62,078 bases of DNA, filler included, from Choristocarpus tenellus KU-1152 (GCA_964200185.2; 11 parts of 11 records of this genome joined end to end with filler, not necessarily neighbours in it); one strand, 5' to 3'. Shown: positions 39,141-52,209, numbered from the whole stretch's first letter. Program-made: numbers and translations. Notes: generated by a model from the letters alone, not told the origin.

Positions 39141-41859
39141 TGAGATGCCACTGTGCCACTGGGGGAGACAGAAGTCATTGGCAGCCCCTGTACAACAGTG
39201 GTACCTCAATTCTTGACATGATGCTTGCTGAAGAATTGCAACTGTGAAGTGGTGGCGGATCTTCCCCTCTTCCTCTTTTTGTCCTTACACAGGCTCCCTG
39301 AGTTTCACCAAGGGCACTCCCTCACCGTTCTGCTCCTACTGGAGCACAGTGGTTACTACCTGTTGGGTTTTCCAGTTGTCTTCTCTCCCCAGCACAACTC
39401 CCCCTCGATATCAGCACACAACTCTGAGTGGGTGAGAGGCCTGCAGTACTCTGTCTTCATCAAGGAAGGGTCGGTAATAGCCCTCTATGGTTGTTGCAAC
39501 TGAGACACAGGAGCTCTCAGGACCATTGTTACTAGATGGGATTGTTGCAACTGGTTCAACTGAGTGTGTGCAATTCCATGTATGGTTGGGATGTTGTAGA
39601 CAAAGGGTAGAGAATTATTCCAACATGGGATGCAGGAATTAAGTATAGAAGAGCAAGGGACAATGGGAAGAGAAGAAAGAGCATCTTGAGATATGTTTAT
39701 GAGGAACAGGTACTACAAACACACCATCATCAACAGGGTGCAGAACAAATTCCCACCTTGTCCCTCTGGATATACCTGTTCGCCCTCATGTTGGCAACAT
39801 CCCATTCACTCACCATCTCAATGTTGTTTCTCTCTCAGTTTGGTCTTTACCACCCTCTGTTCCCTTTTGCAAGCTGTACACAGATATTCCATGTTCTACA
39901 ATCCTCAAGCAGTATTTCAATGTGGTCGTTGTGCTTGCACATTGTGAGTTAGATTTTTTTGGTTGAAAAGTACTATTTCTGACCTGTCTCTACATATGTT
40001 AGGCCACCTCTCAATTTTATGAACGAAGGCTACAAATGGTGGAAGCACAGCCCTTGTCAACCCAGCTCACCTTACCCATACTAGCCTCTCTTGCATGCCC
40101 TCAACAGTAAGCATCAACTTGAGGTTAAACTTGGCATGACTGCAGCCGAACTTCATGTTTCTATGCAACGATATCAGCAGGACACCCAGGTACATTGCTG
40201 CAGATCACAGGGTTGTCCAGTTCTTGACGGGAATTGTAAGTGCCCTTCTCGTACCTGGTTGATAACGATGCCCATGAGGCCAACAAGACCTTTTTACAGT
40301 GAGCCTAGGTTGGATCGAACACATCATCCTTAGGGCATCTATTCCGTATCTTTGTCCTAGGATTGGTGTCAAACGTCTCGGTGACTTCCTTGAAGGCTCC
40401 CCCCATTGCTGCCTTTGAGGTACTCTGCAATCACAGCTTTCCTCTCCACTAGCATCAGATTATTTTGGCAATCTGTCAGTGTACATGATCAGTGTGTGAC
40501 TGGAAGGCCTCTCACCACAGATTTCAAATCAAGGTCTTAGTGTACCCCTTCCTTCCTACCCCATGCCATGGCCCTTTTCCCTTTCAACACATACACAAAA
40601 TCGTGGTATTTGAATTAACCAATCAGGTTGCACTCTCAACAACGGTGAAACCCGATCAGAAAAATTCAGCGTAGAAAATGAGTTACGCATTTTTTTTCTT
40701 CCCGCATTTACATCACAAAAGGGAAAAGAGGTGATATTTTTTAGAGCTGTATGCCCCATTGGTACGATTCAATAAAGTCGCAAATGATCAAAACCGAAAT
40801 TTGAGGCAAAATTTTTCGATTCGTTAAAGTCTTAGCACGACTGTGTAGTATGCGCACCGCTCGTGGAACTTAGCGATTCGTTTGCCTCAATTTCTGTGCT
40901 TCCACGTACATTTCGACTATACCCCCGTACATTAAAGCTTCCACAGTCGATTTAAATTACACCAAAAAAATCAAAATGCTTTTGACATTCACGGCGCTAC
41001 TCTTCTTTCCTTGCTCTCTTCGTGAATGGGCAAGCCTGTTTCGTTTGTCCCTCATTTTCGGTAGTTGCAGTGCATCGCTTGAGAAATAAACGACATCGTT
41101 GTTCTTTGGGAACCTTGGCACTTTCTTTCCCAACAACGGGCTGCTTGCTGCACAACACAGTACTCCGAGAAAGAGCATGTCAAGATTGAAGATTTGACGA
41201 CTCAGTTAGAAACGGTAACATCTACATCCCCCGCACATCACCTTCAGCCTTTCAGATTCGTGCCAACCGAGCAAAAACCCCACGGTACGGACCCCTCTCT
41301 TGAGCTGTAGCATCAACCCGGTGTTTGACGCCTCTCTGAAACAAGCGATACGAACGGCAGAGGCAGAACTCAGCAAACATTTCAATCGTCAAATAACCGT
41401 GCCCACTATCCTCAAACAGTGCATCCGAGCTCTTGTTTGTCCCTATTTCATCCACGACCGCCTCGCGGGCGCAACATGGGCGGGAAAGAACGGTCGAACA
41501 CAAAAGAGGTTGCTTGCACCACATTTCAAAATCTCCGTCGCCAGAGTGCTGTTACAATCAAGTTTAGCACAGCGGTGGTGCCAACTAACCTACCCTTCCT
41601 TCCCCCTGCCAAATGGCTCCCAATCTAGAGTGCATCATCATATCGGTACCTATCTCTGGGTTTGCTGCCTGTCCCCCTGCCACCTTGAGAGCAAAGCAAC
41701 TGCATACAAATCCAAGGTCACCATCGCCCATTCTCACCCCGGATCCTCATTGTGTATACTGTGTTGAGCACCTAACAAAATCCTAACCTCTTTGCATGGA
41801 GCACTAATGCCTAATCGTAATCCGAGATCAACCCAAAGTTACGGCAGATAACTGTTTCA

Positions 41860-42323
41860 TCAGTGCTTCTCCCTCATGTCCTCTCTTGCCATATCCTCTA
41901 ACCTCTGTAGACAGGCCTGCATCCCTCCAAAGGCAGTCTCCACACTGCTTTCATCTACCCCTTCCCTTCCATTGGCTTCAGCCGTTGCTGTCTGCAGTTG
42001 GTCGAAGGTCTTAGTCTCCTCAGGACATGCCACCGCAGCTAGGCAGTACGTCAGGCGCATTGCCTCCATATTGCATTCCTTTTCATCCTTGCATGAACGC
42101 AGTGCAAGGAGACTCTCTGAGCATGCACCTTCCATCTGCTCCACCACACCTCGCAGCTCCCTACCCCTCCACTGCAATGGCTCCTGCCCCATCCCCCTCC
42201 CCCCGAGAATAGCCCTGCCTTCCTCTCCAGCACCCTTCCCCAGCCGTACTTCTGCCATTGTCCCTGTCCCTGCAGCGGCTTCCCCCCCCCCCGCCCCACC
42301 AAGCCCTTCTGCCTGCTCAATGG
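41860..42323 (-). CDS. 3' end of an unknown protein with a twin CX9C motif
   Basis: GC-rich open frame from the gap to TGA, containing C-SESLLALRS-C-KDEKE-C-NMEAMRLTY-C. Confidence 0.6.
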
Positions 42324-43007
42324 NNNNNNNNNNNNNNNNNNNNNNNNNNNNNNNNNNNNNNNNNNNNTTAATTAATTAANNNNNNNNNNNNNNNNNNNNN
42401 NNNNNNNNNNNNNNNNNNNNNNNAAAATAGTGAAAGTCGAAAAAAGGGTGAGAAACGGACGCCGATACCCCCCCTCCCCCCAGATACTTTGACCCCAAAT
42501 CTCCTGTGAACAGCAATATATGTTAAATAACAGAGGTTCACGAAGTATGTAACACGGATTGTCAGGTAGGGCCTGCAGAAGAGCCATGCAAGATGCTTGA
42601 AACTCCAGTATTTTTATTGGGTAGCAGCAACCTTTGAGAAATAGAGTGTGCATGCTCTACATGAGTGTGTGCTGTGTGCTGGCACTCCTGTTGGCTTATG
42701 GCTTATGCCATGAAAGAGAAGCACACTTGAGGATAGGGACAACCAAACATCACTTGACGGACACACATGGGTGTATGAAGTTAGATGCAAAGTCCCAGAG
42801 CCCTTTATCAATAATAGACGTGACAATGAAGGAGTTCACCCCAACCCTAACCCTAGAAAAGGAAGAAGCAATACACAAGTACAGGGAGAACAACAGGCAC
42901 ACAAGAGCTTTCTGTCTACACACCGGGAAAAAATAGTAATAATAATCAACTATAAAATAAAAAAATAGTAATAATAATCAACTATAAAATAAAATAAAAA
43001 CCACGTA

Positions 43008-43138
43008 CCCTCAGTCTCTTCTTCAAGAGGAGCTGCTGTGTGCCCGTATCTCCTTTGGGGTCTAGTACCTCCATCATCTTGGACAGAATCTCTGGTTTTC
43101 CCCTTGGGTCAACCTTAAGGAAACAGTCCTTGAGAGGA
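43008..43138 (-). CDS. Exon of an unidentified gene
   Basis: CAG/GTACGT-bounded with a single open frame PLKDCFLKVDPRGKPEILSKMMEVLDPKGDTGTQQLLLKKRLR. Confidence 0.4.
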
Positions 43139-45477
43139 CCTGTTTTGTTCATGTTTCCATTAAAATCAGATGAGACAGTTACAGATTGGGTTGAGAGTGA
43201 TGGTATTGCATAGTATTTGTAGGCATTTCTTGAAGTGGAGGATATATATATATATATAAATCTTGAAAAAAAAAATTATACAAAACAATGCCACAATAAT
43301 TCTTTTTTTTTAAAGGTTTTCAAGAATGGTATTAGAAGTAACAGCAATGCGCACCTTCCACATAGAATAGTTATGAATAAAAAATAAATGCCGTATCCAA
43401 TACTTCACATAGAACAGTTATGAATAAAAAATAAATATGCCATATCCAATACTTCACCAATACATTCACGTTCTTAGTAATCCAGACTCTGCTACAGGGA
43501 AGTAGCGACAGCTGAGAAATTGGAGTTGCAATGATCTTCAGGACAAATTGGAGATTCCTTTTCCATCACAAAATATTGGGGGACTAGGAATGAGTATGAC
43601 ATCATTGACATCATTTGGTATACTCCTTTGGTGTGTGTACACTGCTGACAAACAAGGCAAACAAAATGTTTCTTAATATTTTATAGTACTTTTAGTGCTA
43701 CAATAGGGCATTTTCACAGTCAGAACATTCTGCGTGTTTTATTCATTCTATATCATCTCCCCTCTTCTTGTGTTACCTTGAACCTAAGATTCCTTCTTGA
43801 TCTGAGGGTACCGTCACCTCCACTGCAATTGGTATGAATGTATGAATGTATGAATGTATGTATGCATGCATGCATATTGACATCACATATGATAATATGA
43901 TAATAAAATACCAACTTTGATACTAAACAATAAAAGCTATTTTTTCTATCCCTCTTCCCACTCATCATTTTTCTTGTTTTGGCCAGAATAAAAATAATAA
44001 TAAAAATAGTGAAACAAGTGATGTTGCCAACATAATTCAGTTCTTCTACACCAATGACCACTGAACTGTACTAATGTAACGATGACAACAAGTGACAGAT
44101 AGCACCTAACTCTTACATATTTATGCCTTTGCCCTTACTACTGATGTTTCTGGACCCCTACCAACAAGATACATTCAATACAAGAAACAAAGATTCATAA
44201 CAAAAAACCAATAAAGCAAACAGTACTATAGTTACCTGTTGGCTAGGTCTCAGTATCATGCGTCTGCTCGCCGTCTGACAAACTGCATGTTTACCCTTCC
44301 TCATCAATCTCGCGCGTTTGCTCGCATTAGTTACACGCACTATTTGGGTCGTTTCGTTGGTTGCATCCGGTGTCAACTTCAACAAACTACATCTTTCCGC
44401 CTTCACAGGAAATCTACATCGTGCGTCTGCTCACAACCGTCTCGCAACTTGTGTGCGTCTCTCCACAAGTGATGCATAGAATAATCTGCAGACCTCCCAA
44501 TAAAATACCCTCACAAAACAGTCCACATTTTCAAGCAGGGACCAATTCCTATCATATTACTATAGTACCTGAGTGGACTTACATGTTTTCGACCAGGGTT
44601 TACACAGGGTTTACACAGGGTTTACACAGGGTTAGGGTTAGGGTTAGCCCTAAGTCCACGAGTGCTGCCAAGGAATCAAAGATGGATGTGGAACAATAAG
44701 ATGTTAATACTTGAGATCACCCACCATACATAGTTACATTCAAATAGGCCTTGCTCTTGATTACACCTGCTACCCATAGTAACTAGAGGGGGGAGGGTAA
44801 GGCATCCATTCAAGGCTTGTGTGAACCTGTAGTGATTTTCAAATGTCATGAGAAAATGTCTCAAAGGTAAGGGCAATTTCCTTCATCTATACATCTCCTA
44901 CTTTTTTCCTAACCCTAACCCTAACCCAAATCCGATGGAAAACTACCCTAAAAAAACGGACATCAAACTGGGGTATCTTACAACCCCCCATCAAGCCCCA
45001 AATAGACAACATGACCTAACCCCCCCCCCCCCCCCCCCCCCCCTCTACTCTTTTTGTTNNNNNNNNNNNNNNNNNNNNNNNNNNNNNNNNNNNNNNNNNN
45101 NNTTAATTAATTAANNNNNNNNNNNNNNNNNNNNNNNNNNNNNNNNNNNNNNNNNNNNATCGAAAAAAGGGAGAAAAACGGACGCCGGCACCCTCCCCCC
45201 AGATACTTTGACCCAGAACAAATGATGATTTCATAGAAGATACAGAGTAAGATTCGGAATGCATACGTAACATTACAGAAGAAAATGCCAAAGTCCCTAA
45301 GAATTTGCAGAATAAAAGTTTATGATTGGAGTATGTGTAGAGCAGTTGCATAGAAGACCAAAGAAATTGGGTGGATGATGAAAATAATAAGAGGACTTGT
45401 GGTCAAACGATCGCCCCTTTTTCCCTCCAGTCCTTCCTTATTTTTTATCTTGAACAAAACTTTGAGTCGAGCTTTGA

Positions 45478-45738
45478 GAGTGAAAGTATCTTGGAGGGTA
45501 CGAGTTTTGCCCTATTTGTCCATTTGCAGCTTGGCTTCCTTCCCACGTTTTTTTATGACATTTTCCTACCCCAAAATGTTTTGGAGTAGGTAAAATGTGC
45601 ATGTTATGAAAAGGTGTGTCCAGAATAAGGATATTGACAATTCCTAACAAACACAATAGCCAAAATTAAATCAAAATTTCAATATTGGATTTTGGCTCCC
45701 AAATGGACGCATCTCTACCCTCTCAGATACTTTGACTC
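45478..45738 (+). mobile_element. MITE family B copy
   Basis: Family B TIRs; TTGA on both sides. Confidence 0.93.
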
Positions 45739-45946
45739 TTGAGCTAAGCACTGAGTGGAATATCAAGAAGAGAAGGACACCTGACACCCTACAACTATTA
45801 TCAAGGGTAACGCCTCCATAGCGTCGTTTTAAGGTCGTTGGATTTGAGTTACATATCCTGTGGAGGTAAGTTCTGAGGGGCACGCTGTAACTGGTATACT
45901 AATGCACGAATCAGACACAAGTAACTCGATCTGTATTTCAACAAAA

Positions 45947-46202
45947 GAGCCAAAGTATCTTAGAGGGTAGAGCCGCGTCCTTTGGGGGCAAAATCCAATG
46001 TTGCGATTTTTATGTAATTTTGGCTATCATGTTTGTTAGGAATTGTCAATATCCTTGTTTCAGACATAACTTTTTATAATGTATACATTTTACCTACTCC
46101 GAAATATTTTGGAGTAGGAAAATGTCATCAAACCCCCGCGGGAAGCCAAGCCCCAAATGGACAAACAGGGTAAAACTCGTGCCCTCTATAATACTTTCAC
46201 TC
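45947..46202 (-). mobile_element. MITE family B copy, reverse orientation
   Basis: GAGCCAAAGTATCTTAGAGGGTA...ATACTTTCACTC; AAAA on both sides. Confidence 0.93.
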
Positions 46203-46504
46203 AAAAAGTAAAACGACTGAAGACCTATTTCAATTGGTGGGCGGAGTCGAAATGGCCTTACTCATCCTTCTCCCACCACTCAACATGCTTTGGGTATTCC
46301 TTGGTTGGTACCAGAGATTTAGGCTCGTGGAATACCTGCCGTTCCACGGTTTGGGCTTCACGAGGCTCATTGAAGATGTCCTTCCTTTGAGGGAGTGTTT
46401 TCGCATGATCCGGACGCAACGTGCTGCTGGGCTTCCCTCCACAACCGCTATGTTCTAGCTGTTTGGGCTCATGGACGTAGCAGGCATCCCTGAATACAAG
46501 ATTT

Positions 46505-47340
46505 TTGACTGCTCTACTGCCCTTTACGAGCCTAAACCCATGGTTGTATATGACCTGGGTTAGGATCTGTGCCTGCACTCTGTACACCGAAGATGCAGGT
46601 TTTGTTGCCGATCGTAGGAGCTCGGTAGTGCACGCCTCCATGAAGGCTTCGGTGATCCCCACAACGGATGCATCGTTGGAGTCGACCGCATGGAGTGCCG
46701 ACATGCAAAGAGCAAAGGTACCCTCTGATGTGTCCAATGGCAAACTGCTCGCGCACTACATTGCAAACGGCAACCTGGACCTAGATGAGGATGGTGACGC
46801 TAGGGATCTGGACGACAACGATAACGTCTTGTTTTTTCTGAATGGATAACATAAAATAATGCTCCTGAGGGTCATCAAGTGCGTGAGACCGAAGCCTAGA
46901 CGCGAGTTCGTCCAGAACGCTGTGGAGATATTTGTGAAAGGCCACCTAATACCTCTATCCAGTGAATACGGACAGACCCTAGAGGTCCTCCACATCTGGT
47001 CCGATGACTGCAGGAGCCAGTTCAAGAACAGATGGCAGATGTGGTGGGCTTCTCAGTCTTTAGTGTGGATGGGAATTTCCGTAGTACACAATTTCTTTGC
47101 CTCCTGTTATGACAAGTCCTTTTCCAATGGAGTCGGGGCTGTGGTGAAGTCTGCTACCTGGAGACTGGAACTGGACGGGGTGCGCATGCCAGGAACCTCA
47201 TCCCTGGTCGATACAATCAAGGCAGCCAAAACTCAATACACCTTGAGGGATTTGACACCAGAGGAAGAGTGGCGCTACCGCAAAGGTCAGAAGGTTCCTC
47301 CCGGACAGACAATCGTCACAAAGTTAAGGCGCACACTCCA
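46505..47340 (+). pseudogene. Decayed DNA transposase, Sola2-like catalytic region
   Basis: LHIWSDDCRSQFKN...VHNFFASCYDKSFSNGVGAVVKS resembles the recalled 'WSDGC..QFKN...FF...HGK...DG.G..VK' signature; in-frame stop at 46847-46849. Confidence 0.6.
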
Positions 47341-48674
47341 TGTGACGATCCCCCCCATTCATAAAGCTCGGCCTCTGTTTGCCACTGGCGGCAACTCCAA
47401 CATGTACGCTCTTTGCCCACCTATACACCAAACATGCAATATATACCGTTCAAACTTGTGTCACACCCGTGACTCCCTTCACGTCGACACGACGCACAAC
47501 GTCAAAATAACACATATGCACTTCTCAGTTGACTGCGCAGACAGTCTGTGCACACTTACAAAAATCGCTGCCTATTCTCCATAACTCTGCCAACCGGCAA
47601 ACTCATGCAAAATTCGAAGTTGTTTTTCTTTCCACACTATCAACGTCTGCCATGTACCCAACCCTTAACCCTACAGGAATATATTGCACATTTATTACAT
47701 GCATGCCCCCCCCACTCCCAATAATCGGCCTCTGTTTCCCACTGGCGACAACCCTAACCCGTACGCACCTTGTCCACCAATGCACTAATCACGCTATAGA
47801 AATCATTGCAAATTGTGTCACATCCGTGCTTTCCATTCACGTCAACACCATTCACGGCATGCTAATCGCACGTACGCACTTCTCCATCGAGCGCACACCG
47901 TCCGTGCACACTTGCTACCATCGTCCTCTATTTTGCATAAGCCTGCCAACCGATAAACTAACCCAAACCTCCAAATTATTATTTTCCTCTCCCACATTAA
48001 CAGCTGTGTCGTTTACCAAACAATTGTTACAGGAACAGGTAGCACATATACGACATGCACAGTCCCCCCCACTCACAATCATCGGCCTCTATTTCCCACT
48101 GGTGACAGACTCACCCCTCCCGCCCCTTGCCAACCCATACACTAAACACGCAATAGATATCGTTGACCCATTATGTCACATCCGTGCCTACCCTTATCAT
48201 CGATACCACGCGTGACGCGCTAATTGCGTATCACACTTCTCAATCGATCGCACACTGTCCGTGCACACTTGCAATCATCGCCCTCTATTTTGAATAAGTC
48301 TGCCAATCCGTAAACTCGCGCAAAACTCCAAGTTATTGTTTCTTTCCCGTATCTCAACGTCAGCCATGTATCCATCGCTTGTTGAAGGAATAGATACCAC
48401 ATATACTACATACATGATTCCCCCACTCACAATAATTGATCCCTGTTTGGCACTGGCGACAGACTGCCCCCTCCCGTCCCTTGCTAGCCCATACGCTAAA
48501 CACGCAATAGATATCGTTGACCCATTATGTTACATCCGTGCCTTCCCTTCATGTCGAAACCACGCGTGACATGATAATCGCACATACACACTTCTTAATC
48601 GACCGCACAAAGTCCGTGCACACTTACAATCATCTCGCCCTCTATTTTTCAGAACTCTACCAAGCGGCAAACTA
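47340..48674. repeat. Diverged tandem array of a ~355-bp unit, about 3.7 copies
   Basis: CCCCCACTC..AAT.AT.GGCCTCT.TTT..CACTGG.GAC recurs near 47350, 47707, 48065 and 48420; GTCCGTGCACACTT recurs near 47900, 48258 and 48612. Confidence 0.85.
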
Positions 48675-49918
48675 AGACCCAAAGTATCTGGGAGGGGGGG
48701 GGGGGTCTACACCAGGGTGTCCATTTGGACCAAAATCANNNNNNNNNNNNNNNNNNNNNNNNNNNNNNNNNNNNNNNNNNNNTTAATTAATTAANNNNNN
48801 NNNNNNNNNNNNNNNNNNNNNNNNNNNNNNNNNNNNNNCAGTCAATTTTGGGTCAAGCCCATCCTCAATGAAAAGCTCCATCCTCAATTTTTGAAATCGG
48901 CTGTTTATTGCAATTAACTCTCACATTTCCAGATGTGTCAATTATCCGAGTTCTGATGATATGGAGTTAGGGTTTCATCGGTTTTTTCCTCTCACATCGG
49001 CAAAATGTCTGACGGCATGATAATGAAAAAATATATGGATGACGTAAGAGTGAGATTGAAGATATTTTGAATTTGATCTGTTGTATGGGGTGAGGAAAGT
49101 GGACATTGGTTCAATTTCCACCTCGAATTTTTTATGGCAATCACTTGAAAAAGATTTTTAGAAATATACATTTATTGGTGGGTAAGGTTCAAATATTGAA
49201 TGTGAAAGATGAGTAGATGTTTGGAAAAAAATCTAAGGGCATAAGAATATATTTCAAAGAATACAGAAATCGCTCAAACTCATCATAGTGTATTTTCCTC
49301 CATGTCTCTTCTCCTTCCACAATATAACAGACCTCATACAAGTTGATAGTAAATTACAACAACATTTTCTTGTAATATTTTCAAAATGTTAGGGACATAA
49401 TAACAAAAATAATATATATATATATATGCACATCTACAAGATGTTAGAGGAGATAATATGACATAATAACAAAAATAATATATATATATATATACACACA
49501 TCTACAAGATGTTAGAGGAGATAATATGATGATATTATTAGGGCTTATACTGACATGGGCATAGTTTTCATTTGTTTTTCCGCTTACACACCTGCAAAAT
49601 TTCAGGTCATCATAATATAAATATATTATGATATTATAGTGTTTGGTCAAAATGAAATTCATACTGGTATTCATATAGGTTTTTGGTCTATCAGCTATAA
49701 GAAAATGTATTATGAAAATCAGTGTGCGCAAAATGAAATTCACTATCAAAAAGAAAAAATGCAAAAAACAAGAAACGCCATCCGAAGGTGAAGGCAAATT
49801 CAAGCCATCTTCAACACAGTTTGTGCGGTCCATGAGCAAAGAGCAGTCTGCTGTAGCCCGTGTTACCTTCCATCTATTTTGACCCTTCCCTAGACATTCC
49901 TCTCCTGGAGTGAACACC

Positions 49919-51160
49919 ATGGCCTCAGAAATGTATGCCCGTGAAGCCTTTGCGAGTCCAGACTTGAACAATGCATCTGCCATGGAGGTGGAAGCATCGT
50001 GGTCAACCGTGACCAAATTTCAAGGTCCCATGCCGCAGGACTGTCTTCCCTGATGGCACTTGACTAGAACAGTCAGCGTTCTGGATATCCCACTACTGGT
50101 GCTGCGGAGCGTGGCCGCAAGAAGAAGATGGTATGGAGCATCGATGCGTGGATCAAGCTCATGAAGCAAGTATGTCGCGGAAAATAGGATGAGTGCTTGC
50201 GTACATGTCAACTTGCGCAACGGTAGCCAAGCTCTAGGAGCCGTGAAATACCGCACTTCCTTGTCCCCTGTGTGGTTTTGCATAGGTTGCGCACGATAAG
50301 CCACACTTGGCTGTCCACGGGCTGCATGGTGATGCGTGGGAGGGTGTTGCGAGAGCACTCATCTACGAGCATCCCTTTACTCTGATCAGTGTCAACGGTG
50401 AGGCATACTGCCGTGAATACAGGAAGCTGACCACAATGTTCAAGAATTATAAGGAGGACGGAGAATGGGTCAGCGGTAACCGGGAAGGGCTGCCTAATGA
50501 ACTGCAGCGACTTCTAATGATGCTGACGAGGAGGGGAGAGTGACTGCCGAGGAGAAGAGGGGCCGCGAGACCGGTCTGACCGATGAGGAGACAAAAAGAG
50601 AGGCTCGCGTAGAGATGGTGAGTGTACTATATTCCATACGTGAAGTTTTGGCATTGCTTGCAAATCAGCAAGCAGCTAGTGAACAAAACTATTCCCCCGT
50701 CCGAACCACCCCTCACGGGTGATTGATGCTGCCATGTCTACAGCTCGGAGCAGAAACAAGTGTCCCAAAAAGACCTTCCAGACTTCGTACAGTGAAAGAC
50801 GCACCCCTAGATCCGGCGACAGGGCTGACCTATATCTAGAACACTGCATGGCAAATATATGGAGTAAGATTCGAACCCCGGAGAGTATTGTCGCAGAGCA
50901 GAGCCTCGAGGAAAGGAAGCTGGCCCTCCAAGAGAAGTCAAAGAGGGACGAAGTTTCCCTTCACAATGAGCACCAGAAGGCTACAATTGAGCTTGGTGCC
51001 AAAAGGCATGAAGACAATGTTGCCATGCAGAGTTGAAGGATGGAGTTAGACGCAAAGGCGGAGGAAAAGGCGGAGAAATACTGCGCCCAGTTATAGAAGG
51101 ACATGGTCAGCATGATGAAAACCGTGGTGGGCCTTATGGGAAAGCTCAACCAGAACTAAT
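49919..51160 (+). pseudogene. PIF/Harbinger ORF1-like Myb/SANT DNA-binding protein, decayed, with an intron
   Basis: RKKKMVWSIDAWIKLMKQ | intron ~50170-50285 (GT..AG) | VAHDKPHLAVHGLHGDAWEGVARAL...NGEAYCREYRKLTTMFK...SG, then a charged coiled-coil tail (EERKLALQEK); frameshifts and stops. Confidence 0.7.
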
Positions 51161-51351
51161 TGTGGCACTGAATTGGAGTGGTTGGAACGTTTTTGAGGTC
51201 AGCGCAGAGGTATAGGACAGAGCATGAAGAAGCCTCTATACTGTTCATGGTTTCAACAGTTGCCTGTGGAGAAAAATAAATGACAACAAATAAATAATAA
51301 AAAACAGCAACATTGCCTATCTACAGCTCTAAGGTCAATATTTGTAAGTGA

Positions 51352-51598
51352 GAGTGAAAGTGTCTTAGAGGGTTAAGCCCCGACCTTTTGGGGACCAAAA
51401 TTCAATGTTACGATGTTGATGTGTAATTTTGGGTACTGTGTTTGTTAGGAAGTGTCAATATCCTTGTTCCAAACAAACCTTTTCTAAACTTACACATTTT
51501 ATCTGCTCCGGAACATTTCAGAGCACGTAAAATATCATAAAGAACCCGTGGGAAGCTAAGCCCCAAATGGATAAACAGAGCAAAACTCGTATCTTCTA
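51352..51598 (-). mobile_element. Diverged MITE family B copy between the two Harbinger ORFs
   Basis: GAGTGAAAGTGTCTTAGAGGGT terminus with reversed family B internal sequence; the other TIR is degraded. Confidence 0.8.
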
Positions 51599-51866
51599 AC
51601 AAACGTTCACCGTGAACTCCACCATGTCTAGTAGTAACTTTAGCATTTTTTTTTACTGTTTGCCTCAACAACAATTGGGGATGTTTGTCGAGCAGGGTTC
51701 CATGATGTCTCCAGCTGTAGTCTGCCAACGACGCCCCAAAGTCCTGACGAGTCAATAGAAGTTTATTTTTATCATTTAACATCGTACTTGTTGCCAAACC
51801 TGAACATTGGAAACATGAGTCCCGCTCCCTCCGACTCTCCAACCCTATGACCCGAGCTGACAGGCC

Positions 51867-52148
51867 TCAAGCAAAGTAGCCTTCAAGTGAAAGAGACGGC
51901 ATGTTGAAGTAAATTCCAGTGTGAGACCCGTACAAACAGGTGTGGGCGTTTGTCAGCAAGGCTGCGACTAAGTAGTACATACCAACAGGCTGCAGTAGGA
52001 GCTTGAGGTTTTTCTTGAAATCTACAAATGGGTACAATCGGACTACATTGCCAAAGCCCCACTCCAAAGAAATCCTCACTCTCGACAGTTCCCTGTTATA
52101 TACCTTCTGGGCCGGGGTGACATTGACACCTCTGAACCCACGAGACAC
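51867..52148 (-). pseudogene. PIF/Harbinger (HARBI1-like DDE) transposase C-terminus, interrupted by a family A MITE and the gap
   Basis: FRG..VTPAQKVYNRELSRVRISLEWGFG...FVDFKKNLKLLLQPVG.YYLVAALLTNAHTCLYG...YF is a typical Harbinger transposase C-terminus; convergent with the Myb-like ORF. Confidence 0.9.
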
Positions 52149-52152
52149 ATGG

Positions 52153-52209
52153 GATCCAAAGTATCTGGGAGGGGGGGGGGGGGCTAGACCAGGGTGTCCA
52201 TTAGGACCA
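52153..52209 (+). mobile_element. MITE family A fragment cut by the gap; other gap-truncated fragments at 1-33, 42424-42495, 45159-45214, 48676-48738 and 52310-52404
   Basis: CCAAAGTATCTGG-G-run or C-run-CAGATACTTTG termini adjoining gaps or the window start. Confidence 0.8.

Noticed and set aside
39230-40480. Possible LINE relic on the minus strand (SSHCPL resembling the endonuclease SDH motif)
   Set aside because: A single weak motif, not enough to call
41000-41767. Overlapping ORFs next to a putative transposon end
   Set aside because: No recognisable transposase or host motif in any frame
47529-48569. 228-aa and 77-aa ORFs
   Set aside because: They lie in the ~355-bp tandem array and the frame is not kept between units
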